Positions 25,521-35,459 of a stretch of 64,000 nucleotides of DNA are shown piece by piece. Below the pieces are notes generated by a model, which had not been told where the DNA came from, made no database searches, and saw nothing but the letters and a program-made list of their open reading frames with translations. A program made the position numbers and the translations under genes. This stretch comes from an uncultured Methanomicrobiaceae archaeon. Lineage in GTDB: Archaea; Halobacteriota; Methanomicrobia; Methanomicrobiales; Methanoculleaceae. The stretch covers positions 896,001 through 960,000 of the forward strand of contig CAWGXH010000004.1 of the NCBI GenBank assembly GCA_963826525.1, in the 5' to 3' direction. The first letter of the stretch is position 1; the number at the start of each line of letters is the position of its first letter.

Positions 25521-27719
25521 TTATGCGCTCGATCTGCCGTCTGCCGCTGAAAGATCAGTATTATGTACCTGAGTTGTTGCTGCTTCCCCCCGATACTCCT
25601 GGAATTCATTCAGAGAGACGGTCAGATCGCGGGTGAAGGCGAAGTAGCCGATCTGCGTCTTGCGGCAGAGGTTCATCGCCATCTCCATCAGACCCCTCGG
25701 GTCAGGGCGTGCCTCTCCCAGCCAGACGTGGAAGATATTTCCGCCGTCGACGATGGGGAAGAAGACATGCTCGATCTCCATCCGTTTGGTGAGTGGGACG
25801 GGGGCTGCGGGGGTAACGTGGGTGCCGTTCGTATAGTAGATCGGCAGATCGAGCGTCGTACCAAGCATAGCGAGCGCCTGCTCGGTGTCGCCCTTGATAA
25901 CCTTGAGCGCGTGGTCGCGGAACTGCTCGTCAAGCAGATCCGCGACGGCGAACCGCTGCCCGGTCGTCTCGGCGGGTGTTCGCGCAAGGGCGATGGTCAT
26001 GCCGTGACGCTCCGAGAGTTCGCGTGCATACATCTCAAGCTCGGTCATCGCCCGGACGGCGAGCCGGAAGGCATCTTTTGACTCGTGAAGCTGGGAGCCG
26101 GTGAAGTGCTGCACCATCTCGTTGACACCGACGACGCCGATGGTGTAGACGAGCCCCTCGAGGTCGACGGCAACCGCGCCGCGTTCGCCGGTATTCGGAT
26201 CCTTCGGGCGCTGCATGGCAAAGGGCATCCGCCCGTTCGCCCGGATCAGCGACATCCAGCGCCGCTTGATCCGGTAGAGCTCGACCGCGATGTCCATGAG
26301 TGTTTTCAGTTCGGCGAAGAGCCGCTCCTGCTCCCCTTCCGCTTTGTACGCCGCTCGCGGGCAGTTGATCGACATCACCTGCCAGGAGCCCATGGAAAAG
26401 TGCTTCCCGTCTCTGAAGTAGAGTTTGTCCTCAAACTGGTCGTCCTTCTCGGCGACGGAGGAAAACTGATATGCACAGCATTGGTAGCATGATATCCCTT
26501 CCCCGGCACCCCGGTAGGCGGGGATCTGGTTGTCGTAGTAAGGGGTTCCGAACTTGGAGGCGAGCTCGAAAGTCATCAGGTAGAGATCCTGATAGGTGGG
26601 AATATCAGGGTGGTCGCGATTGAACTCCTCGTTCTCGGTCATGAAGTCGGGCTCGATGCTGATCTCGGGCTTTGGGAAACTGAAGGGTTTGCCCCAGTAG
26701 TCTCCTTCGAGCATCACCTCCATCAGTGCCTTGAAGAGGAGCCTTACCTCCCGTTCGAGTTCCCCGTAGGTGCGCAGGGGCGCCTGCGTACCGTTCCAGA
26801 CGAGTCCCCGATAGACGACGGGTTTGTCCTTCCAGAGAGCGGGTACGCCAGGGGAGAGCTGCACCGAGGAGAAGACCACCTGGCCGCCCCGCGCTACCAT
26901 CATCTGCGTCATCTCGTAGACAAACATCTGCATGAGCTGCTTGATCTCCCCGTAGGGCATTCCCTCAAAGAAGGGAGCCATGAAGGTGAGGAAGTTATAG
27001 TAGCCCTGTCCGCCGGCAAAGTTCGTCTGGGCGGAACCGAGCGCCTTGACCGCGTGCAGCACCGCCACCTCGGCGCGCCTGGCAGGTCCTGCGACCGATG
27101 CCTTCGTTCCGTTGCCGTCGGGCATCAGGCCGTAGTAGAAGAAGTATCTGAGGTCCCAATCCTGACAAAACGGCCTTGTCCCAAAGTATTCCAGGTCGTG
27201 GATGTGGAGGTCGCCGGAGAGGTGGTGATCGGCAAGGTGAGGGGGAGCTGCAGGAGGTACTGCTCCTTGCTGATCTTGTCCGCCTTCTTTTTGTGCGAGG
27301 TCTCCGCGTTCTCCTGGAGGTTGGCGTTGTCCTTCGCCTCAAAGCCCCGCCCGACGTCGATGAGGTGGGCGTCGAAGACCGGAGTGCCGACGCGCGTGCA
27401 GACGTTCCGGTACTGCGTCATCCCTCGCTCGAGCAGGGTCATGTTGACGATCTCGCGGATGAGGGGGCCTGAGAGGGACTCAAGGCCGAGCATCTGGATC
27501 TTCTTCTCGACCCTCCGTGCCACATCCTCGGCGATCTCATCCGTCAGCTCCTTCGTCGCCGTAAAAGACCTCGACGAGCTTCGTCTCCTCGAGAACCTGG
27601 CGGATGATCCGCTTTCTGTCCCACTCGAGGAGATAGCCGCGGGACGTGCGGACCTTCGGGAAGACGGGGATGAAGTCGCCGGCGAGCGTCGTCTGGGTAG
27701 TCCTGCGTGTCACCCTCAC
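25521..27719 (-). CDS. nrdD: Anaerobic (class III) ribonucleotide reductase with ATP cone; frameshifts ~27548 and ~27243; no C-terminal glycyl-radical domain
   Basis: HIHDLEY (after rejoining frames), RGGQ.VFS, FPKP, YQCC finger loop, TPAET, YTNGTH, GG.IFH. Confidence 0.9.
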
Positions 27720-28015
27720 GCCTCCGCAATCAGGTCAGCCACCATGTCTTCCTGAAATACTCCTCCCGGAAAGAGATCCTGCGACGTATAAAATGAGGTG
27801 TCCTTCTGCAGCACCGGTGCTTCCTGAACGAATACGCCGTTTATCCGAAGTTCGGTCAGCGCTTCGGCGGACGCCAGATCCTGCTCAATGTAGCGTGCTC
27901 CCCGTTCCGCCAGAAATTCCTTTAAAACTTCGCAATTTGGACAGAATTCAAGTGTATAAACTATAAACTGCGATGTATCTGGTATAATGACACCCCCGAA
28001 TAGATGGATGATCAT
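27716..28015 (-). CDS. NrdH/glutaredoxin-like redoxin (start uncertain)
   Basis: CPNC motif, APVL; stop overlaps nrdD start. Confidence 0.85.
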   Translation of the reverse strand: MIIHLFGGVIIPDTSQFIVYTLEFCPNCEVLKEFLAERGARYIEQDLASAEALTELRINGVFVQEAPVLQKDTSFYTSQDLFPGGVFQEDMVADLIAEA

Positions 28016-28187
28016 TCGTCGCTCGTCGTAAAAATGGTTCCCATTTTTGGGTGGAATAGGTCGCCGGTCGGAAGGCGGCGTTGTGTTCATCCCCCTGCAA
28101 CTCTGCTGTATGCTTCTTCAAAATCTCTGGGGGTGCCGGCGATGAGCGATCACCATTTGTAGGTGAATGCAGAGATAGTACGGTACT

Positions 28188-28727
28188 ATGGTCAGGTCAT
28201 TTGTCGCGATCGATCTCTCTGAAGAGATCCGTCGGAAGATACGGGAGTCGCAGGACCTGCTTGAGAGATGCGATGCCCGACTCAGCATCGTCGCTCCCGC
28301 AAATATCCATATTACCCTCAAATTCCTCGGGGAGATAGAGCCCTCCGCGATAGGGCCGATCCTCGAGGCGCTCGAATCCGTCAGCGGCGAACCGTTCGAG
28401 GTGACTATTGGTCGGGCCGTCTGCAATCCTCCGTCACGGCCGCGAGTGGTCTGGTGCGGCATTCAGGACGCAGGGGGATGTGCGGATCTGAGCCGTCAGG
28501 TTGAAACTCTCCTCGAGCCGCTCGGATTTAAACGGGAACGGCGCGCGTTCACCCCCCACGCGACCCTCGCGCGAGTGAAGCGGTTCGACCCGTCTCTCCT
28601 CCGGCAGGTCGAATCGCTCCCGGAAACCCCGATCGGCTCTTGCGAGGTCAGGTCCATCAGACTCAAGAAGAGCACCCTCACCCCTCGCGGTTCGATTTAT
28701 GAAGACCTCGGGGAGGTTCTGCTGTGA
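28188..28727 (+). CDS. thpR: RNA 2',3'-cyclic phosphodiesterase (2H family)
   Basis: Two HxT motifs (HITLKF, PHATLAR). Confidence 0.93.
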   Translation: MVRSFVAIDLSEEIRRKIRESQDLLERCDARLSIVAPANIHITLKFLGEIEPSAIGPILEALESVSGEPFEVTIGRAVCNPPSRPRVVWCGIQDAGGCADLSRQVETLLEPLGFKRERRAFTPHATLARVKRFDPSLLRQVESLPETPIGSCEVRSIRLKKSTLTPRGSIYEDLGEVLL

Positions 28728-30097
28728 GCCGGCGTCCCTGCGAAGAGGAAGCACTCCGGCGGATCAGGCCGACCCCGGAGGAGCGTACCTACGTCAGAAC
28801 TATCGGTAAGCATCTGATCGAGGCGGTGGAGAAGAGCGGCCTTGCCGGGGCGATGATGGTCGGTTCCGTCGCTCGCGACACCTTCATCCGGGGCGACCGC
28901 GATCTCGACGTCTTCATGCTCTTCGACCCGTCGCTCTCCCGGGAGGAACTCGAGGAGAAGGGGCTTTCTCTTGCACGGAAGGTAGCGGAAGGGTTCGGCG
29001 CGTCGTGCCGGGAGAAGTACGCCGAACACCCGTACATCAACGCCACGATCGACGCGCTCGACGTCGACCTGGTGCCCTGCTACGCCGTTCTGCGTGCCAC
29101 GGAGATCAAGAGTGCCGTCGACCGGACGCCGTTTCACACCCGATATATTCTACAGCATATCGACGGTCTGGGTGATGAAGTCCTCCTCCTCAAGCAATTT
29201 GCCAAGGCAGGAGGGGTCTACGGCTCCGACCACATGACCGAAGGGTTCTCCGGGTATCTCTGTGAACTGCTGGTGATCTTCTACGGCGGATTTACGGAGG
29301 TTCTCGAGGCGGCCTCTGCATGGAAACCCGGCATCGTCATCGATATCGAAGAACACGGCAGCAGGGCGTTCGAAGAACCTCTTGCCGTCGTCGATCCGGT
29401 CGACCCTGAGCGGAACGTCGCCGCCGCCCTCTCTCTCACGCGGATGAGCGAATTTGTGGAGCTCGCACGCGGGTACCTCGCCGCTCCCGCGGAGGCGTTC
29501 TTCATTTCGTCGCCCGATCCTCCGTTCACCGAAACTGAGTTTGGCCGCACCATTGATGCAAGAGGGACAAAACTCATCTCCGTGACGTTTGCGACCCCCC
29601 CCTATACGGCCGATACGGTCGTTCCGCAGCTTCGGAAGTCCGCCGAGTCCATCCGCGAGCTTCTCGAGCGGAGCGAGTTTCCGGTAAACCGGTTCGATGT
29701 CTGCATGCAGGAAGAACGCAGCATGCTCCTCTTCGAACTCATGACGGATACGCTCCCTGCGGTGCGCCGCCACCTTGGCCCGCCGGTATGGTCTGAAGGG
29801 AATGCCCGGAAGTTTGTCGGGAAGTACGTCGATATAGATGTCTTTTCAGGGCCATTTATCGAGGACGGGCGATATTACGTCGAGATCCCCCGGCAGTTTA
29901 GGGTGGCTGCCACCCTGTTTCGCTCCCGCTCACTCCTCGATGTTGCGCTCGGCAGACACGTCAGAAAGTGCATGAAGGCAGGCTGGGAGGTGCGAGAAGG
30001 TCGGGAGTGCTGGGATGAATCGTTTGCCTGCTTCCTCGGCGAGTTCTTCCGGCACGAGTCGCCGTTTGTCCGGGTCCTGCGGCACCAGCGAGAATAA
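28724..30097 (+). CDS. cca: Archaeal CCA-adding enzyme
   Basis: GS.ARDT, DLDVF, YAEHPY, SAVDRTP.H, DPVD..RNVA. Confidence 0.95.
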   Translation: MSRRPCEEEALRRIRPTPEERTYVRTIGKHLIEAVEKSGLAGAMMVGSVARDTFIRGDRDLDVFMLFDPSLSREELEEKGLSLARKVAEGFGASCREKYAEHPYINATIDALDVDLVPCYAVLRATEIKSAVDRTPFHTRYILQHIDGLGDEVLLLKQFAKAGGVYGSDHMTEGFSGYLCELLVIFYGGFTEVLEAASAWKPGIVIDIEEHGSRAFEEPLAVVDPVDPERNVAAALSLTRMSEFVELARGYLAAPAEAFFISSPDPPFTETEFGRTIDARGTKLISVTFATPPYTADTVVPQLRKSAESIRELLERSEFPVNRFDVCMQEERSMLLFELMTDTLPAVRRHLGPPVWSEGNARKFVGKYVDIDVFSGPFIEDGRYYVEIPRQFRVAATLFRSRSLLDVALGRHVRKCMKAGWEVREGRECWDESFACFLGEFFRHESPFVRVLRHQRE

Positions 30098-30296
30098 GGA
30101 TGCGGTCTGACCGGCGCCCGGGACGAGCCCTCGGTGCGATCCGCTGCCGATCTTCTGTCAGTGGGCTATGAAAAGATATGCGGGATACCGGCACAGTTCC
30201 GCTGGTGTTGGTACCCGCGTGACGTATCCTGGTAGGGAGGAGGAGAGGGAGGTTGGTACCAAGGGATTGGATTGGGATGCTTTCTGTGGCCGTTCC

Positions 30297-30635
30297 CTAA
30301 ATTGCCGTATCACCCCGCTCTTTTGTCCGTACCCGGATGACATCGTCGATGCTCGTTACGAATATCTTGCCGTCTCCGATCTGGCCTGTGGCTGCACTGG
30401 TTGCGATGATGTCGATGATCTTCTCGGCATCATCGTCGGCAGCGACGATCTCGATCTTCGTCTTCGGGATCATATCGACGACGTACTCGGCACCTCTCCA
30501 CTGCTGGGTGATGCCCTTCTGCCGTCCGCGGCCCTTCACCTCAGTGACGGTCATGGAGTCGAATCCTGCACCTTCAAGGGCGTGCTTGACGTCCTCGAAC
30601 TTCATCGTCCTGATAATTGCTTCGATCTTTTTCAT
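30297..30635 (-). CDS. glnK: P-II nitrogen regulatory protein
   Basis: G.G.QKG T-loop, TG.IGDGKIFV. Confidence 0.95.
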   Translation of the reverse strand: MKKIEAIIRTMKFEDVKHALEGAGFDSMTVTEVKGRGRQKGITQQWRGAEYVVDMIPKTKIEIVAADDDAEKIIDIIATSAATGQIGDGKIFVTSIDDVIRVRTKERGDTAI

Positions 30636-32050
30636 GCTTTCTCACCGTCCAAAGCAGGCTCGGTTGTTACAAAGTTCGGGTAGGCGCTGACCCCGTGCTC
30701 GCCGATGTCCAGCCCCTGCAGTTCTTCAGCAGCCGATACCCTGAGCCCGACCGTGTACTTGAGGATGGCGAACATGGCAAGACCGATGCCGAATGCCCAT
30801 GCGAAGTTCACGACCATGCTGATCGCCTGCGCGGCGAAGAACCCGGTATTGCCGTAGAGCAGCCCGGTTACGAGCGGCCCGTCGGTCACGTACACGCCGT
30901 AGGTGCCGTCTGCAAAGAGCCCGAGGGCCAGCAAGCCCCAGGCGCCGTTGAGCCCGTGCACGGAGACCGCACCCACAGGGTCGTCGATGTGAAGCACCCA
31001 GTCGAGGAGCCAGACGCCCAGATAGATGATGATGCCGGCGACGATACCGATGACGACGGCAGCGGTCGGGTTCACCCACGCACACGATGCGGTGATGGCT
31101 ACGAGGCCGCCGAGCACACCGTTCCCGGTCATACTTGCATCAGGTTTACCATATCGCCACCAGGTAATGAGCATTGTGGTTATTCCTCCCGCGGCAGAGG
31201 CGAGGACGGTGTTTGCGGCGATAACGGAGATGCGTAACTCCGTTGCGGCAAGGGTGCTCCCCGGATTGAAGCCGAACCAGCCAAACCAGAGTATGAAGAC
31301 ACCGAGAATCGCAAGGGTCAGTGCATGCCCCGGAATCGCGACGGGTGTTCCGTCTCCCCTGTACTTCCCAATCCTCGGCCCGAGCATCAGGGCTCCTGCG
31401 AGGCCGACGAAGCCGCCGATAGCGTGGACGACTCCGGAACCGGCGAAGTCGAGCGCACCGTAACCGCCGCCGAGGTTGACCATGAAGTCACTTGCGTTCA
31501 GCCAGCCGCCGCCCCAGAGCCAGTGTCCGTAGATCGGGTAGATGAGTGCGGTGATGGCGACGCTTGCAATCAAGTAGGTGGAGAACTTCGTCCGCTCCGC
31601 CATGGCCCCTGAGACGATGGTGGCAGCCGTTGCGGCAAAGACCATCTGGAAGAACCAGAGTTCCATCGTGGAGACGTCGTAGCCGTCCCCGAGCAGGAAG
31701 AACCCGTCAAAACCGACAAACAGCCCCGTTATTCCGGAGGCGGTGCCGAACATCAGGGCGAACCCTACAGCCCAGTAGCTGATCGCACCGAGCGAGAAGT
31801 CTGCGAGGTTCTTCATCATGATGTTGACAGCGTTTTTTGCTCTCGTGAGGCCTGTCTCTACCATGGCAAAGCCGGCCTGCATGAACATCACGAGGAATCC
31901 GCAGAGAAGTGTCCACACGAAGTTGACCGGCGCGAACGAGTCTTCCTCCAGTGTTGCGGCACCGGAAGGGTCTGCTGCGGCTGCCGGAACCACCAGCAGG
32001 GCGAGCAGACAGATGACGAGTGTCAGTTGGAATCTGGATAAGCCTGTCAT
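30632..32050 (-). CDS. amt: Ammonium transporter
   Basis: FMQAGF, SGA.AER, DFAGSGVVH, WFGW.GFN, DDP...SVH. Confidence 0.96.
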   Translation of the reverse strand: MTGLSRFQLTLVICLLALLVVPAAAADPSGAATLEEDSFAPVNFVWTLLCGFLVMFMQAGFAMVETGLTRAKNAVNIMMKNLADFSLGAISYWAVGFALMFGTASGITGLFVGFDGFFLLGDGYDVSTMELWFFQMVFAATAATIVSGAMAERTKFSTYLIASVAITALIYPIYGHWLWGGGWLNASDFMVNLGGGYGALDFAGSGVVHAIGGFVGLAGALMLGPRIGKYRGDGTPVAIPGHALTLAILGVFILWFGWFGFNPGSTLAATELRISVIAANTVLASAAGGITTMLITWWRYGKPDASMTGNGVLGGLVAITASCAWVNPTAAVVIGIVAGIIIYLGVWLLDWVLHIDDPVGAVSVHGLNGAWGLLALGLFADGTYGVYVTDGPLVTGLLYGNTGFFAAQAISMVVNFAWAFGIGLAMFAILKYTVGLRVSAAEELQGLDIGEHGVSAYPNFVTTEPALDGEKA

Positions 32051-32076
32051 TGTAATCACCTGCTACGCAGGTAGAA

Positions 32077-32090
32077 GGATGTTTCCTTCC
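32077..32090 (-). promoter_or_regulatory. NrpR-like operator (GGAA-N6-ATCC) just downstream of the amt TATA box
   Basis: 1 mismatch to GGAA-N6-TTCC; TATA-like TTTAAG at ~32095-32101. Confidence 0.7.
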
Positions 32091-32177
32091 AACACTTAAA
32101 AATATTTCTATTTATTGCGGCGTATGCACTACCGACTGGGATTGTGGGCGATCATAAAAAATGTTACGGGAGATATC

Positions 32178-33195
32178 TTAGGGTTTTCTCGCGGCTTTCT
32201 GTCCGGCGAGTCGTTCGATGATTTTTGTGTTGATCTCATTTCCGGTGGCGAGCCTGCCATGCCGGACTGCGCTATCGATAAATCCGCGGCCGGTGTCGTT
32301 CCTGACAATCAGGGTGGTGAACCCTTCCGGTGAACCGATGGCTCCTGCCGAGATATCCGCATCGACGGCGGTAAGGTCGGTACAGACGTGACATCCCGGC
32401 CGTACGCACGCTTCCAGTTCCTCGAGAGGAATTGAGGTGGTCGAACCGTCCTGCAGGAGAATCTCGAGTTTTCCCTTGACGTTAAGACGCCGGATCTGCC
32501 AGGGCTCAATCTGATGCTCCTGCCGGAGTTTTCCTTCCATCAACTTTGCATAATCGAAGGTCTCCGTGCAGAAGAGGCCGATGACAAGGCGTATCGACTT
32601 GCCGAAGGGCCTCGAGCAGATCGTGCTCACTCTCGCGTAGCGCCTTCGTCGCCCGCACCACGCAGGGGACGCCCACAACAGCGATCCTCCGGCACTTCCG
32701 GTTGATCACCGCCTCCTTCAGCGAGGCCAGAAGCGGCACCCACCAGGAGTAACGGCTGCCGGCGTAATGAATGAGGGCGTCCGAAGAGGTAATGACAGCC
32801 GACGAAGGCCTGAGTGTCCAGCGGTCCTCCGTAACCGTAACCACGGCATCGATAAGCCCTTCCTCGAGGGCGTTTGTCAGGATGGCGGTCACTGCGCCGC
32901 CGCTCTGCTTCCTCTCCACATCAAAGGTCGACTGTGCCGCAACGATCTCGGTGTACGAACCGAGCAGCGTCTCCGGCCGGAAGGGGGCGGTGCGAGGACA
33001 GACTTCGTAGCAGGCGCCGCAGGGGACACCGTCAGTCGCCGCCTTGCAGTATCCGGCGTTGACGGGGGCAAGGGTACTTCCTGCCGGAAAGTAGATTGCG
33101 TCCGCCGGGCAGACTGCCACGCAGGCGCCGCACCCGGAACAGGTTCCCTTCAACCAGACCTCCGCCTCAAGGTCCTTGAATGTCTTCTTCTCCAT
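32178..33195 (-). CDS. FrhB-family F420-binding subunit with 4Fe-4S ferredoxin domain (frameshift ~32605)
   Basis: CSGCGACVAVCP, GGAVT, GVPC, IGLFC, C..CTD, DIS.G.IG. Confidence 0.88.
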
Positions 33196-33201
33196 GCTAA
33201 T

Positions 33202-33942
33202 CTACTCCCATGTGTACTTGCCTGCAAACGGCCTTGCACTCGCCGGTACGATCCGGGTATACTCTGCGTCGATGAGTGGCTCCGGGTCGAGGTCGAATGC
33301 CTCGGCAAACTCGCGGATCACCGGAGCGATCCGCTGCCGATCTTCTTCAGTGAGGGGCAGTTTCTTTGCACCGACACCAAGGCGGCTCTCATCGACATCG
33401 CCGCGGATGACGATCTCTCCGCCGTGGATTCCGCTCCCGACGCCGCGTCCAGCGTAATCGCTTCCGTCCATGCCGAGCACGATCAGGAGGCCTCCAGCCA
33501 TATATTCGCCGAGGAACGACTGTGCATTCCCGCCGACGACAAGGATGGGGCGTTTACTGTCGTACTGCTTCATGTGAATGCCGCCGCGGTAGCCGATGTT
33601 GTCACGGACAAAGACCGTGCCGCCGCGCATACTATGCGCGACCGCATCGCCGGCGCTACCGTGGATGACTACCTTCCCTGCATTCATCGTGTTGCCGGGT
33701 GCATGGTCGGCGTTCCCGTGGATGATGCAGGTCGGGCCGCTCATGAACATGCAGAGATCGCCTCCGGGAACGCCGTTGACGACGATAGTGGCATCCCCTC
33801 GGAGGCCGTTTCCGATGAACCGCTGTCCGAGGACGTTCTCGATGATAATCTCCTCGGCACCGTCGGCGACCGCCTGCCGGATCTTCTTGTTGAGGGGGGT
33901 GTAGTGCATCCCCCCCGCGTCGATGGTGACCGTCTTTCCCAT
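33202..33942 (-). CDS. Glutamate synthase GXGXG (GltB/FwdC-like) subunit
   Basis: GQRFIG, repeated G..M.GG motifs. Confidence 0.88.
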   Translation of the reverse strand: MGKTVTIDAGGMHYTPLNKKIRQAVADGAEEIIIENVLGQRFIGNGLRGDATIVVNGVPGGDLCMFMSGPTCIIHGNADHAPGNTMNAGKVVIHGSAGDAVAHSMRGGTVFVRDNIGYRGGIHMKQYDSKRPILVVGGNAQSFLGEYMAGGLLIVLGMDGSDYAGRGVGSGIHGGEIVIRGDVDESRLGVGAKKLPLTEEDRQRIAPVIREFAEAFDLDPEPLIDAEYTRIVPASARPFAGKYTWE

Positions 33943-33947
33943 GTGCC

Positions 33948-35459
33948 TCACGCCCCCACCTGTTTGACGTCGAGTACGTTCATCAGGCTCTCATCGAGCA
34001 TGTAGCCTCTGAGACGGTCGCGGTTTCCTCGCAGGCTCTCGATACTGTTGATGCCGGCAGCACCCATCAGTTCGGCGAGTTCGAGTGTCCATGCATCTAT
34101 CAGGTTGGCTACCTGCTTCGATGCAACGTCGGGATCGAGCCGATCGACGAGGTTCTGCTGCTGGGTGGCGATTCCCCACGGGCAGAGGTTGCGGTAGCAG
34201 CTGCCGCAGACGCGGCACCCCATCGCAACAAGGGCGGCGGTGCCGATGTAGACTGCATCTGCCCCGAGGGCGATTGCTTTTGCCACATCGGCGCTCTCCC
34301 TGATGCCGCCGCTGGCGATGATCGATACCTCGTTCCTGATGCCCTGGCCACGCAGTTTCGCATCCACGCTCGCGACCGCTGCCTCGATGGGAATGCCCAC
34401 GTGGTCTCTGAAGACCCGTGGCGCCGCGCCCGTGCCCCCCTTGAAGCCGTCGAGAACGATAGCATCGGCGCCCGACCGTGCGATACCCGCGGCGATCGCG
34501 GCCGCGTTATGGACGGCGGCTATCTTGACAAAGACCGGCTTTTTCCACTCGGTCGCCTCTTTTAAGCTCCTGACGAGCTGGGCGAGGTCTTCGATACTGT
34601 AGATGTCGTGGTGGGGAGCGGGGCTGATAGCGTCGCTCCCAAGCGGGATCATCCGGGTGCAGGAGACATCGAGGCAGACCTTCTCTCCTGGCAGGTGCCC
34701 GCCTATACCGGGCTTCGCTCCCTGACCGATCTTGATCTCAATGGCGGAACCGCGCTCGAGATAGTCGATATCGACACCGAACCGGCCGGATGCGATCTGG
34801 ACGATCATATGATTCTGGTAGGGGTAGAGCCGCTCATGCAGCCCCCCCTCGCCCGTGCCCATGAAGGTGCCGGTCTCTGCGACCGCCCGTGCCATGGACA
34901 TCTGGGCGTTTAGGCTAATCGCACCGTAACTCATATGCCCGATCATGATCGGCGTCTCTGCCTGGAGGTTCGGGGCAAGCTCGGTGACGAGCTCGACGTC
35001 CCCGTTCTCCTTCCTCTTTACCTCGATGCGCGACGGTTTCTTGCCGAGATAGGTGCGCACCTCCATCGGTTCGCGGAGCGGATCGATGCTCGGGTTCGTG
35101 ACCTGGCAGGCGTCGAGCACCAGGCGGTCGAAGATGATGGGATAGTCAAGCGCGTTGCCCATGCCGGAGAGGATGATCTTTCCGGTCTTGGCCTGGTTGT
35201 AGATAGCCTCCCTTACCTGTCGCGTCCAGACCGGGTGGCTGCGGTAGTCGCAGGGGTACTCCTCCAGCATGATCGCGTCCCGGGGGCACATGGCGAGACA
35301 GCGGTGGCATGCCGTGCACTTCCGGGAATCGATCAGGATCTTGTCCCCTTCCCGCCGGAAGACACCGTATGAGCAGTTCTCGATGCACCGTTCGCATTCC
35401 ATGCAGCGTTCACGGTCGATGCTGACCCGGTAGCGGAGTGGTGTGCTTCCAAGACTCAT
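33948..35459 (-). CDS. Glutamate synthase FMN-binding subunit with 2x4Fe-4S
   Basis: MSYGAIS, TGEGG, IKIGQGAKPG.GG.L, ISPAPHHDIYSIEDL, C..C....CP.G. Confidence 0.92.
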   Translation of the reverse strand: MSLGSTPLRYRVSIDRERCMECERCIENCSYGVFRREGDKILIDSRKCTACHRCLAMCPRDAIMLEEYPCDYRSHPVWTRQVREAIYNQAKTGKIILSGMGNALDYPIIFDRLVLDACQVTNPSIDPLREPMEVRTYLGKKPSRIEVKRKENGDVELVTELAPNLQAETPIMIGHMSYGAISLNAQMSMARAVAETGTFMGTGEGGLHERLYPYQNHMIVQIASGRFGVDIDYLERGSAIEIKIGQGAKPGIGGHLPGEKVCLDVSCTRMIPLGSDAISPAPHHDIYSIEDLAQLVRSLKEATEWKKPVFVKIAAVHNAAAIAAGIARSGADAIVLDGFKGGTGAAPRVFRDHVGIPIEAAVASVDAKLRGQGIRNEVSIIASGGIRESADVAKAIALGADAVYIGTAALVAMGCRVCGSCYRNLCPWGIATQQQNLVDRLDPDVASKQVANLIDAWTLELAELMGAAGINSIESLRGNRDRLRGYMLDESLMNVLDVKQVGA

